NCBI RefSeq assembly: GCF_036365525.1 | Contig: NC_090373.1 | Span: forward strand, 52,977,339 to 53,041,338 | Direction: 5' to 3' | From: Heterodontus francisci | Taxonomy: Eukaryota | DNA length: 64,000 nt | Shown here: piece by piece, positions 1 to 12,314 of the stretch | How positions within the stretch are numbered: the stretch's first letter is position 1 | How the letters are laid out: every line of letters starts with the position of its first letter | Program-made: the position numbers and the translations under genes | Notes under the pieces: generated by a model | Told to the model about the DNA's origin: nothing | Databases searched by the model: none | What the model saw: only the letters and a program-made list of their open reading frames with translations

Positions 1-30
1 CGCTGCTATCAGCCCACGAAGCCGCCACAT
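1..30 (-). CDS. RNASEH1: Probable first codons of RNASEH1 (MWRLRGLIAA..., runs off the window edge)
   Basis: Minus-strand ATG at 30-28 inside a CpG-rich promoter. The peptide is Arg/Leu/Ala-rich like a mitochondrial presequence. In human, RNASEH1 lies divergent from RPS7. Only 10 codons are visible, so the identity is inferred from synteny. Confidence 0.4.
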   Translation of the reverse strand, partial: MWRLRGLIAA

Positions 31-260
31 CCACCACGGCTCAGGGACCCCCCTCCCACTCACCGGGCCCGACCCTTTGTTGAGACCACGCCTCCTGATT
101 GGCTGCGAGAAGAGTGCGCCCGTGGATTACTCCTGATTCCGAATGGACAATACCGACGTCAATCAGATGACGTCAGACACCCAGTCTGCCGACAGACACA
201 CCCCGTGCCACAGCGCCACCCGAAGGCAGGGAGGAGTCAACAGGGCACAACTTTTTGATT
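31..260 (-). promoter_or_regulatory. CpG-island promoter facing left
   Basis: CCAAT box (ATTGG 98-102), perfect CRE TGACGTCA 168-175 plus a second GACGTCA at 155-161, SP/KLF-like CCACGCCTCC 86-95, CTCF-like CAGCGCCACCCGAAGGCA ~211-228, high CpG density. Confidence 0.7.
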
Positions 261-409
261 CATGTGGGCGGTGCTGCGCTGTTGGAATTGGATTATTCTC
301 ACTTTTGTTACCCGCTTGAATAGGGTTGCCTGGACATTGGAGTAACCTGGCTCTAATCGAATCTCAAAGTGTTACAGATTGCGGAATTTTAAACTTAAGT
401 TAGTTGCCT

Positions 410-505
410 GAGGAGAGAAAAACAGCCAGATGATGGCAAACCTGCCGAATATTTCCAATTTTTCTCTATTTCAGATTTCCAGCATCCACAGTATTTTGCT
501 TTTGT
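410..505 (+). mobile_element. Penelope-like terminal-repeat fragment
   Basis: tttcagatttccagcatccacagtattttgctttt matches the copies at 60870-60995 and (reverse complement) 50594. Confidence 0.55.
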
Positions 506-1214
506 GTTACTCGCGTTAGTATCTATGGTCTTTGACGCTGAAGTCTAATCACCCAGAGTTGCCACCGATGCAATTGCCCACCCCCAGTTCAGGATGGCAA
601 TTTTCCACCAATTGCACCTGTTGGTGATTTTCATCGCATTACGCCCACAAACACAGGCACCACTGGTCACAATCCAGTGTTCATCACCTTTACTTGCGGT
701 GCCCCACAGACAACTGAAACCTGTCCCTGTTGTGTTTCTTCAGCTACTACTGCTACAATTACTTTAAATTAGTCTAAATTTAGTCAGTTACAGCAGAGTA
801 GAACCTGTGTGGCTTCAGTTGAGTGCTGGTCAAAGGTCTTCCGTACCAAGGGCAGATCAAATCGAGTCAATTTAAGCCAATTAAAAAGTAAGACCGAGGG
901 CATTAAATCGCTCAGTTGATGAATGGCTCATTTCCTTGCAAACCAACCCTTTTTGTAACAATGGAGAGGGCCACATTTTGCCGATTGCGGCCGGAGTGGA
1001 AATTGTTACTGCCCTCAATATAAAGACTTATTTATAGCCTATTTGTACAGCAACTCATAGGATAGTACAGAATGTTCCAAGCTTTAATCCAAAATGTCTG
1101 TGTCTGGACTAAGCATGTAAGATTTATCCATCAATCCCATCATCACTGATCCATACATATTAACCCACAAAACGTGGAAAATTTCATGAGCAACAACTTG
1201 ATCTCGACAGCATC

Positions 1215-1785
1215 TCTATCACAGAAAATGTTCCAAAAACTGTACTGAGACCTAATCAAAAATATAATGCTGAATCAAAGAAAGGACTATTACAAGGAAT
1301 GGCCAACAGATTGGTCAAAGAGATGGAATTTAAATACAATCTTAAAGGACAAAAGGGAGATGCAGAGGTACAGGGTTTGAGGAAGGTATTTCCAGAGCAA
1401 GGGGCCTAGGCAGCTGAAGGCAGGACTGCCAATGGTGAGGTGAAAGAAGGCGGTGATGCATGAGATCTGGAATCAGAGTTACAGAAAGTTTGGTTGTGAG
1501 GCAGGAGAATGTTACAACGATAGGGAAGAAAATGGCTATGAGGTGATGTAAACATGAAAATAAGAATTCCAAATTTGAGGCATTAAGAGACCAGGAGCCA
1601 AAAAGGACAGGAGTAAAAGGTTTGTGGGATTTGGTGCTGGATAGGATATGGAAAACAAAGTTTTAGATAAGATATAGAGAATGGAAGGCTGTCCAGGAGA
1701 ACATTGGAATAGTCAAGTCTGGAAGTGATAAGGGCATAGCTAAGAGTTTCAGCAGCAGATGCATGGTTCATGTCAGGCAATGTTA
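1215..1785 (-). mobile_element. L2-clade LINE 3' remnant
   Basis: Translated ASAAETLSYALITSRLDYSNVLLDSLP is a typical L2 RT C-terminal motif. Confidence 0.7.
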
Positions 1786-1899
1786 CGAACATACGAAGTA
1801 GGAGTAGGCCACTTGATCCCTCAAACCTGCTTAGCCATTCAATAAGTTCATGGCTGAACTGATTACTCCACATTTCCACCTACCTCTGATTACCTTCCA

Positions 1900-2671
1900 C
1901 CCGGAGCTCAGACACTGGCCTGTGCTGGTAAAAACCAGTTTGAACTAATTAATTTATGTGACAAGACAAGGAGAGAGATCACAGGAATAGAGCCTTATTT
2001 GGACACGGTGTGATACCAGGGTCTTTGGGCCTGGGCCAATAAGGAGAAGATACGAACGAGGTGAGCAAGCCTAAACCAACGGGAAAGAAACAGCACAGTT
2101 TTGAAGAGATAAGAAAGAGAATACGTATGGAGAATCTCGGGCATAGAGTCAGCGAGAAACTCCACAGACCAACCATTGCAGAAGTGGAAGACCCTGCATG
2201 AGCAACGCGGCGACGATGTAAAAGAGAGAGAGAATGGAACGCCTGGCCAGCGTCAGCTCTCCCCTTTTTCGGGTATTATCCTTTGTTTTCTGTGACTAGG
2301 TCAGGGAAAGGTCAGAGGAACCTAGTGGGTGTGCTTATCGATACTAGCTAGCCTTTTTATTAACTGTATAACCCAGTTTGAGTTGCATGCTTTTGTCTAA
2401 CCAAGTGTATAAGCCTTATTCTTACATTGTACAACAACATGAATAAAGTAAATTGATAGTTAAAGAAAGGACTGGGTTTCCTCCTCTTTGTACTAAGCCA
2501 TTAACTGTAGCCGGCGGATTAAGTGGAGGGTGGCTCTCCTGTAACCCCGATATCCCAAACACATAGCCTGAGCCTGAATTAAGAGGACTTAGTTCCACGT
2601 GATGGCCAAGATCAAGTGGGTGAAGGGAATAAAGGGGCCAAGGGGGAGTTGACTCCGCGCCACGGTTTACA
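1900..2671 (+). mobile_element. Putative LTR fragment inserted in CR1 sequence
   Basis: Non-LINE block with AATAAA (~2442) that ends ...TTTACA immediately before CR1 sequence resumes. The 5' TG end and TSD were not found. Confidence 0.35.
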
Positions 2672-2674
2672 CTA

Positions 2675-4190
2675 ACCAATCTTCTGTCTATGCCAATATG
2701 TTACTTCCTACACCATGAACTTTTATTTTCTGCAATAACCTTTGATGTGGCACCTTATCAAATGCCTTCTGGAAATCTAAGTAAAATACATCCACCAGTT
2801 CCCGTTTATCCACAGCACATGTAACTCTCTCAATGAACTCCTATAAATTGATTAAACATAATTTCCCTTTCACAAAATCATGCTGCTTGATTACCTTGAA
2901 TTTTTCTAAATGTCCTGCGATAACATCTTTAATAATAGCTTCTAACATTTTCCCTAAGACAGATGTTAAGCTAACTGGCCTGTAGTTTCCTGCTTTCTGT
3001 CTCCCTCCCTTTTTGAACAAAGGAGTTACATTTGCTATTTTCCAATCTAAAGGAACCTTCCCCGAATCTAGGGAATTTTGGAAAATTAAAACGAACGCAT
3101 CAACTGTCTCACTTCTTTTAACACCCTAAGATGAAGTCCATCAGGACCCGGGGATTTGACAGCCCGCAGCTCCAACAATTTGTTCAGTACCACTTTCCTG
3201 GTGATTGTAATTTTCTTGAGTTCCTCCCTCCCTTCCATTTCCTGACTTACAGATAATACTGGGATGTTACTTGTATCCTCAGTAGCAGAGACCGATGCAA
3301 AACATCTGCTCAATTCATCTGCCATCTCCTCATTATCCATTATTAATTCCCCAGACTCACTTTTTATAGGATCAATCCACACTTTGTTAATTCTTTTCCT
3401 TTTTAAATATCTATAGAAACTCTTACTATCTGTCTTTATATTTATAGCTAGCTTTCTCTTGTACTCTAATTATACCTTGCTTATCAATCTTTTAGTCCTT
3501 CTTTGCTGTTTTTTATATTCTGTCCAATCTTCTGACCTGCCTCCCATCTTTGTGTAATTATAGGATGGCACAGTGGCGCAGTGGTTAGCACTGCAGCCTC
3601 ACAACTCCAGGGACCCGGGTTTGATTCTGGGTACTGTGTGTGCGGAGTTTGCAAGTTCTCCCTGTGACCGTGTAGGTTTTCGCCTGGTGCTCTGGTTTCC
3701 TCCCACAGCCAAAGACTTGCAGGTTGATAGGTAAATTGGCCATTGTAAAATTGCCCCTGGCGTGTAGGTAGGTGGTAGGGAATATGGCATTATTGTAGGG
3801 TTAGTATAAATGGGTGATTGTTGGTCGGCACAGACTCAGTGGGCCGAAGGGCCTGTTTCAGTGCTGTATCTCTAAATAAATATAGGCTTTTTCTTTAAGT
3901 TTGATACTATCTTTACTGTTTTAGTCAACCACAGATGACAGATCTCACCCTTAGAAATTTTCTTTCTAATTGAAATGTATCTATTCTGTGTATTCTGAAA
4001 TATCCCCCTAAATGTCTGCCACTGACCTATCCCTTAACTTGATTTGCCAGTTCACTTTAGCTAGCTCTGCTTTCATGCCCTCATAATTGCCCTTACTTAA
4101 GTTAACAATACTAATCTTGGACCCACTCTTCTCTCTTTCAAACTGAATGTAAAATTCAATCATATTATGATCGCTGCTACCTAGGGGCAC
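2675..4190 (-). mobile_element. CR1 (HER1-like) LINE ORF2 remnant, interrupted by a SINE
   Basis: KSPGPDGLHLRVLKEV and LGSSDHNMIEF motifs. Confidence 0.85.
3565..3880 (+). mobile_element. HE1-like tRNA-derived V-SINE
   Basis: A box tggcgcagtgg, B box gggtttgattc, V-domain, CR1-like tail gggccgaagggcctgtttcagtgctgta; 6-bp TSD TATAGG (3559-3564 / 3881-3886). Confidence 0.9.
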
Positions 4191-4859
4191 CTTGTTGCAC
4201 AATATGGAAGTAAAAGCAGAAAACAACTTGCCAAGACTTCTTCGACAGAACATCTCAAACCCGCAATCTCTATCACCTAGAAGGACAAAGGTAGCAGGTG
4301 CACAGAAACACCACCATCTCCAAGTTTCCCTCCAAGTCACACACCATCCTGGCTTGGAAATATATTGCCTTCCTTCATCATTGTTGGATCAAAATCCTGG
4401 AACTCCCTAACTAATAGCACTGTGGGAGTACTTTCACCACACAGATATTGAGTCAGAGGCTTGGCTAGGGTTGACTAAAATTCGGAAGTTGCAAACAATC
4501 TGAGTCAGCCTGAAACAGTAATTGGGGAGGGGGATGTAATCACAGGCAAAGGTAATGGATTTGTGTCAGAGGCAAAAAAATGTAGGCTTTGGTCTTCTAA
4601 AAGTTTAGTTGGACGAAATTGTATCTTATCCAGCATTGAATGTTGGATCAGCTGTCTGACACCACAGAGACATTGGAGGAGTAGAGAGATGGTGGACATT
4701 TACGGCCGGATGTCATCAGCACACGTGTGAAAGATGTCTCCACATCTACAGATGATATCAACAAGGGGCAACATGTAGATGAAGAAGAGTAGGGAGCCAA
4801 AGAAAATGTTTGAGGAATCCAGAGTTAACAATGCAAGGACAAGAATAATTTTCCTTGAT

Positions 4860-7041
4860 TAAAGAATTTATGTGTGAGCTAATAGTCGTCTGCCATTGCA
4901 GGAACTTCTCTCACCCTTGTGATCCATTGTTCCTCAGTATGGGTCTTTATGTTAATGGGAATACTATTTTTAAATTCTTCAAACAGAATCACCTCTTGCA
5001 AATTCTCATATGAGAGGTCTAACTTGAGAGATCTTATCCAGCGATCGAAAGCCATGTGTTTCACTCTTTCAAATTCAGTCAGGGGTTGGTCATGTCTTTT
5101 CCTAGCATTTCTAAAATTGTGTCGATATGCCTCAGAGACTAACTTGTAGCCATTTAAAATAGCAATTTTAGTCTGTTCATAATTGAAAGAACTTTCTTCT
5201 GACAACATGGAGTAAGCTTCATGAGCTGTCCCCACTAACCCGCCTTGTAAAAGGAGGGTCTAATTTTCTTTTGGCTACTTTAACCTGATAGCAATTTTCT
5301 CAAAAGAGATAAAATACGATTCGACCTTAAATTTTTGCACTAATCATGAGTGTCTCATAACATTAAAGCTTTGCTCCAAATTGGAGTCAATATTTGAATT
5401 GCTGGTGGCATTCCCACCCCCACCTTGCTCTTTCAACTTGTCTAACTCAAATTGTCTCACCTCTCTCTCCTTTTGCATCTCTCTTTCTGCTGCCTTTCTT
5501 TCTCTTTGCATTTGTCTTTCTTCTTTCTCTCTTTCCTTTTGCATCACTCTTTCTGCTGCCTCTCTTTTTCTATTTAAATTTTCATCTCTCTTTCCTCTTT
5601 TTCCCTTTGAAACTCCAATTCCAATTTTCTCCTGGCCAATTGAATTCTTAGCTAGAGTTACCTTTTCAGACTCAAGTTCCATGCCTGTTTCATCTGGTTC
5701 TGGGGCAATTTTGCAATGACTAGTTAGATTCTGAACGATCTCAAGTTTCCTTGCTTTCTGTCTGAAAGTTACTCCCACGCGGGTAGCTATGGCTTTTAAG
5801 TCTTCAATTCTTAATAGATTTAAGGCATCCCATGATAACTCTTCCTGTTCTACAAACATTTTGGTGTTGAATGTGGCCATGTCTTTAAGTGTTTTAGCCC
5901 CGTGGAGATTCTTTTTTCACAATTTTAGGGATCAATTTTCCTCCCATTTCCAAATCACTCGTTCAATCTTAATCCTTCAAAATCCTGGCTCACGAGGCTT
6001 CAATCTGTTAGGACAGGGGGAGATGGTATGAGTGACTTCCACTTTTCAATCTCTCAACTGACTTAGACAGTTTTAAAAAAAAAATATTGTTTTAGTCCCT
6101 GAGTATTTTAGAGGTCAAATAGACAGACAAACAACAGATTTTCTTGTAGGATTGAAAGAAAGATAAATTATTTATTAAACAATACCTGAAAAATATTCAC
6201 AACCTCACCCACTCACACACAAAAGAAGAGATAGAGATTAGAGGATAGCATGCACTTAAGTCCGATTGCAGTAAACAAATGTTCACTTTGAAACCTTCTT
6301 GGTGTTCCAGGAGGAATTTTATAACAGTGGTGCAGGCCTGGTGTTTCTTTCCTTGATTCACTGAAGTATTCCTCTGGTTAAGATTGTCGGTGGCAGGAAT
6401 CCTGTTACAATTTCTCAGGTGGGGAGTTTTCAAGGTCACCTTGAAGTCTGTGCCACTATGATTTAAAGCTGTTACAGAAAGGGTCTTCTTCTTGGCTAGA
6501 ATGGATCTCTCAGCTCCTGGCTGGCTGGATTTCAGCCTCTGTCTTTCAGAGGGCTCTTTTTAAATTACATACCTTATCAGGCTTGGGTTTTGGACAGGTG
6601 ATTATAGATGCTCTCCCCTGCTGCATTCATACAATGTCTTTGAACGTGACCATTATTACATAACGGTGCTTGAACATGACTTATCCTGATAAAGTGGTGT
6701 TATGTCCCAGCTATTATTTTGGCTTTGAATCCGGTGTCTCCCTGTCTGCAAAGGCCTTTGTCAACCCAATTCTTGAAGATAGGAGCCATTTAACACTGAA
6801 TGGGCTGTTTAGTATTTTAATGTGCCTTCCCCGGACTAGTCCAGACGTGATGATGGGTTTAGTCTCCAACAGTCACTATGTATATTTGCAGTACAGGAGA
6901 GGTCACCTGACCTCTTACTCCATTTTGTCTGCAGTAAAAGTGTGTCAATTTTTTTGGAGTTCAGTTCAGCAGTTCATTCTTACGGTTCATAATTGCTCCA
7001 GTTCACTTTAGTTCATAACTGTTCCTTGCATGATCCTGACA
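4860..7041 (-). mobile_element. Gypsy (Gmr1/SCAN-gag type) element A: 5' LTR 6006-7041 plus truncated gag 5880-4879
   Basis: LTR bounded by TG...CA with a degenerate tRNA-Pro PBS beside it. Gag has a coiled coil and the SCAN-like AHEAYSMLSEE..YEQTKIAIL..Y.LV.EAYR..FR motif. Confidence 0.85.
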
Positions 7042-8010
7042 GGTATGTATTTTATTAGCTTTGAAATGTGTGCAATGACAGATTTTGGAAAGAGTCTTTC
7101 CTTTATTGGTGAGAGTCTTTCCTTTGTTGATGAGTTATTTGAGGTTCTGAATGAGAAATACAACATAGACGGCTTCTCTTTGCAGCTGAAGGCCACCTGT
7201 CCTTTAAATCACAGATTCACTGTTTCAAGTGTCCAAGAAGTGCGATGATGAAAAATTATGGACAAAAACTGAAGAGCTATAAAAACTGACCTTGTCTTTT
7301 TAAAAAACTGACCTTTCTTTTAAAAAGTGAACAATATACAGCAAAACAGCCATCGAAGGAAAAGGACTTGGCCTTTGTATGTTCAAACTATCTGACAGGG
7401 ACAAAGAAAATTCTTCAAAGTTAAGAGGTGTCAATTGCTTCCATCCTACACCACTCCTGAAATATTCCTGAATTGAATGGGTCCTTCTGAAACAAAGAAG
7501 GTGTGAAGCAGAAACATCATAACCAGATTATTCTCATCCTGAACCCAGAAAGAGACCCTTTTTAATTGAATGGGTTCTTCCGAAACAAAGAAGGTGTGAA
7601 GAAGCCATATCCTAGGCCAATGTCAATCACTATAGGGAAGAAAATACCTGTCTTTCCAGCTGAGGCGATATGTAACACTTAAAAAGCAACCTAGATAGAG
7701 AGAGAGGGGGACACCCAGAAATCAGCATCCAAGAAGCTTGGTTCCAGCAAACCAGAAGGGACATGTCCTGCTGTATAATTCTACCTCTATACTTTATACA
7801 GCAGTAAATTAGAAGTGATCCACTCTCGTCAACTGAACTTTCAACCAAGAGCGAAATGTACAAACACCTCAGGCCTGCAACCAATGAGAACTTGATATCC
7901 AAGAGAATTCAACAGGTTTACCGTGACCCCCCCCCCCCCACCCCCAATCACCCCGCAAAACGTATCCCGCGAAACGTAATCGCTTACCTCTTTGCCCTCT
8001 CTGTCTCTTC

Positions 8011-8011
<1 letters not shown>

Positions 8012-8052
<41 letters not shown>
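8012..8052. repeat. (TG)n microsatellite within LTR
   Basis: About 20 TG units seen directly. Confidence 0.95.
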
Positions 8053-8055
<3 letters not shown>

Positions 8056-11000
8056 AGCAAATGCGTGAGTGGATGATGTTGCGACAATTTCGGGTTAAGG
8101 CATTTTGATCAATAAACAATTGATTTTCTGTTTTAAACCTACAAGAAAACCTGTCACTGTCTGTTTATTTGACAAATAAAACACAAAGAGATTAAACCCT
8201 ATTGACAGAACACACTTGCTGCAGTTAGGTGGGAGTTGAAAAGTGGGAACCACCCAAATCTCACCATGTGGCCGATTGACCTCTAAAATTGTGGAAAAAT
8301 AAACAATTTCCTCGTATTCTTCTGTTTTTTCTCTACGGTGTTAGAAACAAAAGTGATGGCCAGATTTAATGCTAAGGAGTTTGTAGAGCAGGGAGAGATA
8401 TCCCATCGTGAGTTAAAGAAATTAAGTATTGAAGATTTTAAAAGCTTAGCTACAGAGGTGGAATCACTTTCAAACAAAAAACAAAGAAACCTGAACTGGT
8501 GAAAAGCCTAGCTAACCAATTTAAACTTACCCTTGAACCAGTAGAAGAAAGGCTAGAATCAGAGTCTGAAACAATAATTCTAAGTAGAATCGAGTTGCAC
8601 ATGAAAAAGGAAGAAATACAGTCACAGTTGAAAAGGGAGGAGATGCAGTATCAAAAGGAAAAGGAAGAGAGAGAGAGTTTCAGCATGAGGGGGAAAAGGA
8701 AGAAAGGGAGTTTCAGCTTCAAAAGTAAAGAGAAGAAAATGAATTTCAGAGGGAGCAAGAGGAAATAGAGGTGAAACAGATTGGGTTAGCAAGGCTGCAA
8801 ACCCAAAATGAGAATTCTACCAGCCACTCAAGCCTTATCCTCAATTCAGAGCAAAACTTTGATGTACCGAGACACTCAAGACTAGTGCCAAAATTTAATG
8901 AGGAGGAGGTGGAGTCATATTTTATCTCATTTGAGAAAATAGGTACCTGGCTAAAATGGCTGAAAGAATCTTGGATTCTCCTCCTACAAGGCAAGCTCGT
9001 GGGTAGGGCTCGTGAAGCTTTTTCTCTGTTATCAGAAGAAAGTTCCTCTGGTTATGAACAACCTAAAACTGCAATTCTAAATGCATGTGAGCTCGTACCT
9101 GAAGCATATTGGCAGAAATTCAGACAAACCGGGAAAAGACCCACAAAGATTGAGTTCAAAAGAATTAAACATATGGCTTTTGATCACTGGATATGATCAC
9201 TCAAGCTCGAACCCTCATGAAAATTTGAGAGAAGTGATGTTGCTAGAAAAATTTTTAAAATAGCATCCCAAGTAGTATAAGGATGCACATTGAGGAACAA
9301 AGAGTAAGAGAAGCAGCAAAAATGGCCACAATTGTGAGTTAATTCACAAATCCCAAACAAAATAAATTTGGGTCTAGTAACTCTTACTAGCTAGGGAAAG
9401 ATAGCAGGGATGCAGATGAAGCAGAAATGGTCTTGAGAGAAAAGGACAACCTTTTGGGAAGGAAAAGTAGATCAGTCTCCAACTTTTAAAAGGAACCCAG
9501 GTGATAAAGCAGTAGGGGTTCACCTGACGTGAGTCCAATGTGGCAAATCTTGGCATGTCCAGACCAATTGTTGGCATGCCATAAAAACAATAGGAGGTGC
9601 TGCAGTCAAGCCCGTGTCTGTGGCTATGAAAATGGTAAGCCTGTCTTATTATAACTGAAGAGCAGAGCACATAACAGAACTTTTTACACAAAGCAAAATG
9701 ACTCCTTTGGTGTCCCAGCCACCAAGCAAGGAGATAACCATCCTCAGGGATACTGGTTGTTTTCAAACCCGACTGGCAGCCAAATTTACAGAAATGCCAC
9801 CGGAAAGCAGAACAAATACCATGGTATTGGTAAAAGAGCTTACTGACAAATGCTTGACTGCTCCCTTAGTTAAAGTTTACCTACAGAGTAAGTTGGTCAC
9901 TGGGATAGTGACAGTCAGGATCAGTCCGAGCTTACCAATGCAGGGGGTAGACGTATTGCTGGGTACTGTCTCGGCAGGAAGCACAGTATTGTACTCAGAG
10001 GGTCCAGAACAGTCCATAGAAACTGGAGAAACTGAGGGAACAAACAAAACTCTGTACAGCTGCAGAGGGCTGACAAAGTCCCAAAAATCCCACAGGGGAC
10101 AATAGAGCCAGAAGAATTTAAAGGAGCTAAGATAAAAGCAGCAAAGGTTGAAGGAAAAGCACCAGATATATGATTAGCCGTTTTTTAAAGATTTAAATAG
10201 GGACGAGGAAAGTTCCCAAACAGGAAAGCCAAGAGTGAGGGAGATGCCTCACCTAGTTGAAGTGCCACAAGGGAGTGTTGTGGAAGCTGGAGAGCCACCT
10301 GTGAGCAGTAGTGTCCAGAGGACATGGAGCAGATTAGGGCAAACCCTATCTCTGAAGTAAAAGGAAAAGGGAAGGTGAAATACCCTAAAGTAAACCGCAC
10401 TTGTGAAAATCACAAAAAAACTAAGAGTGAGGCCAGTGTGAATCTACCCACTGAAGCATCGAACGATCAAGCTCCAAATCCAAAACTAATCAAACCCAAC
10501 AATTTCGATTCAAAACTCAGCAAGAACAAGAGGCAGGAGGAAATCCCAGATGCCTCCCAGGGGTAAAACACAATTTATCACCCACTATCACTCTATAAAT
10601 ATGAACTATCAATGTGCCAGAACCTGAATTGTTAAAGCCATGTATTGTGGAAGCAGTAGTTCAGGGGCTGAAGCTTTAATAGACAGGGAAGGTTGCAAGC
10701 AACCTGAAACCATGCAGTAACGGAAATTTGCATACTACAAGCTTCACCAACAATCACATGCTTATTGAGATTAACAGTCCCAAAGTAGTACAAACTGATG
10801 CTAAGTAGTCGTCCAAAGTAGTCCAACCCCATTTGGCAACGCATAACCAAAAGACAAGCATTTTTTAATGCCACCTCATTCAAAGGCAGGATGGTGAAAA
10901 AACTTAAATTTGAATATGGAATGGCTGTTACAAGCAATGTCAGCTGTAGTAAGATTGAGGAGTGAATGAAATGCAGTAATGTGACCCTATATCTTCTTTC

Positions 11001-11068
11001 TTTCTAAACCCAAAAAAACCCCATAAAAATGAAATCTAAGGAATTTCATTTTTTCCTTTTTGGGGGAG

Positions 11069-11406
11069 ATGGCGCAGTGGTTAGCACTGCAGCCTCACAG
11101 CTCCAGCGACCCGGGTTCAATTCTGGGTACTGCCTGTGTGGAGTTTGCACGTTCTCCCTGTGTCTGCGTGGGTTTCCTCCGGGTGCTCCGGTTTCCTCCC
11201 ACATGCCAAAGACTTGCAGGTTGATAGGTAAATTGGCCATTATAAATTGCCCCTAGTATAGGTAGGTGGTAGGGAAATATAGGGACAGGTGGGGATGTGG
11301 TAGGAATATGGGATTAGTGTAGGATTAGTATAAATGGGTGGTTGATGGTCGGCACAGACTCAGTGGGCCGAAGGGCCTGTTTCAGTGCTGTATCTCTAAA
11401 AAAAAA
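11069..11406 (+). mobile_element. HE1-like V-SINE
   Basis: Highly similar to the copies at 3565 and 58443; A/B boxes and A tail. Confidence 0.9.
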
Positions 11407-12189
11407 GTGCAACGAAGAAACATGATGTACAAAAATTGAAGAACTATAAAAACTGACTTTGTCTTTTGAAAAATGAACCTTTCTTTCAAAAACTGAACAA
11501 TGTACTCCAAAATGGCCATTGAAGGAAAATAATTTGGCCTTTGTATATTCAAACTGTCTGACAGGGACAGAGGAAATATTCCCAAATCGTATGAACAATT
11601 CTCTAACAAAGAAGGTGTGAAGTGGAAACATCATAACCAGATTATTCTCATCCTGAAACCAGCAAGAGACCCTTTTCAATTAAGTGGGTTCTTCCGAAAC
11701 AAAGAAGATGTGATTGGCCATATCCTCGGCCAATGTTGATCACTACAGCAAAGAAAATAACTGCCTTTCCAGCAGAGGCAGGATGTAACACATCTTTACC
11801 TTAAAAAGCAGTCTAGGGAGAGAGGGACACCCAGAAAGCAGCATGCAAGATGCTTGTTTACATCAAACCAGCAGGACATGCCCTGCTGTAGAATTCCACA
11901 TCTACACTTTATACAGCAGTGAATTAGAAGTGATGTCTTCAACTGAATTTTCAACCCAAGAGAGAAATCTACAAACACTTAAGGACTGAAACCAACAAGA
12001 ACTTGACGTCCAAGTGAATTCAACAGGTTTACCGTGACCCTTCTGAAACCTACTTACATGTGGCCTTAACAACTGCCTAGGCAGAAGTTGCAGAGAAATA
12101 AAGACTATATTGTTAGGAAATGGATGTTCTTACTTCCACAAGATAATAGGGTTTAATGGCATTTATTGGTTTCTCCTTGCTGATTGAGG

Positions 12190-12300
12190 GTGACAACGCA
12201 GGGCAGCCAGTCACTATGGCAACAGCTGAACCCACCGCCCCGGGAGGCGGGGCTTCCTATTAAAGAGAAAGTCTCGCGATAATTCGCTCTCTTCCTCGGC
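12190..12300 (+). promoter_or_regulatory. RPS7: RPS7 core promoter
   Basis: GC box 12242-12252, TATA-like TATTAAA 12258-12264, BANP-type TCTCGCGATA 12272-12281, TCT/5'TOP initiator CTCTCTTCCT 12287-12296, inside a CpG island. Confidence 0.85.
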
Positions 12301-12314
12301 CGCTGTTTGCTCAG
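12289..12314 (+). other. RPS7: RPS7 non-coding exon 1 (5'TOP leader)
   Basis: Pyrimidine start ctcttcct, then donor CAG|GTCGGT at 12314/12315; same architecture as human RPS7. TSS uncertain by a few nt. Confidence 0.75.

Larger units (their letters stand above)
7241..12040 (+). mobile_element. Gypsy (Gmr1-type) element B, non-autonomous: 5' LTR 7241-~8278, gag from ATG 8356, protease (ILRDTG ~9740), no RT, truncated 3' LTR 11408-12040
   Basis: Direct repeat 7241-7930 vs 11408-12040; gag homologous to element A; aspartic protease DTG motif; PPT-like tttgggggaga ~11058. Confidence 0.85.

Noticed and set aside
3565-3640. tRNA-like A/B boxes (also 11069 and 58443)
   Set aside because: These are SINE heads continuing into V-domain and CR1 tail, not tRNA genes
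5381-5719. Leu/Ser/Phe-rich ORFs (also 45786-46214)
   Set aside because: Antisense shadows of the Glu/Arg/Lys-rich gag coiled coil
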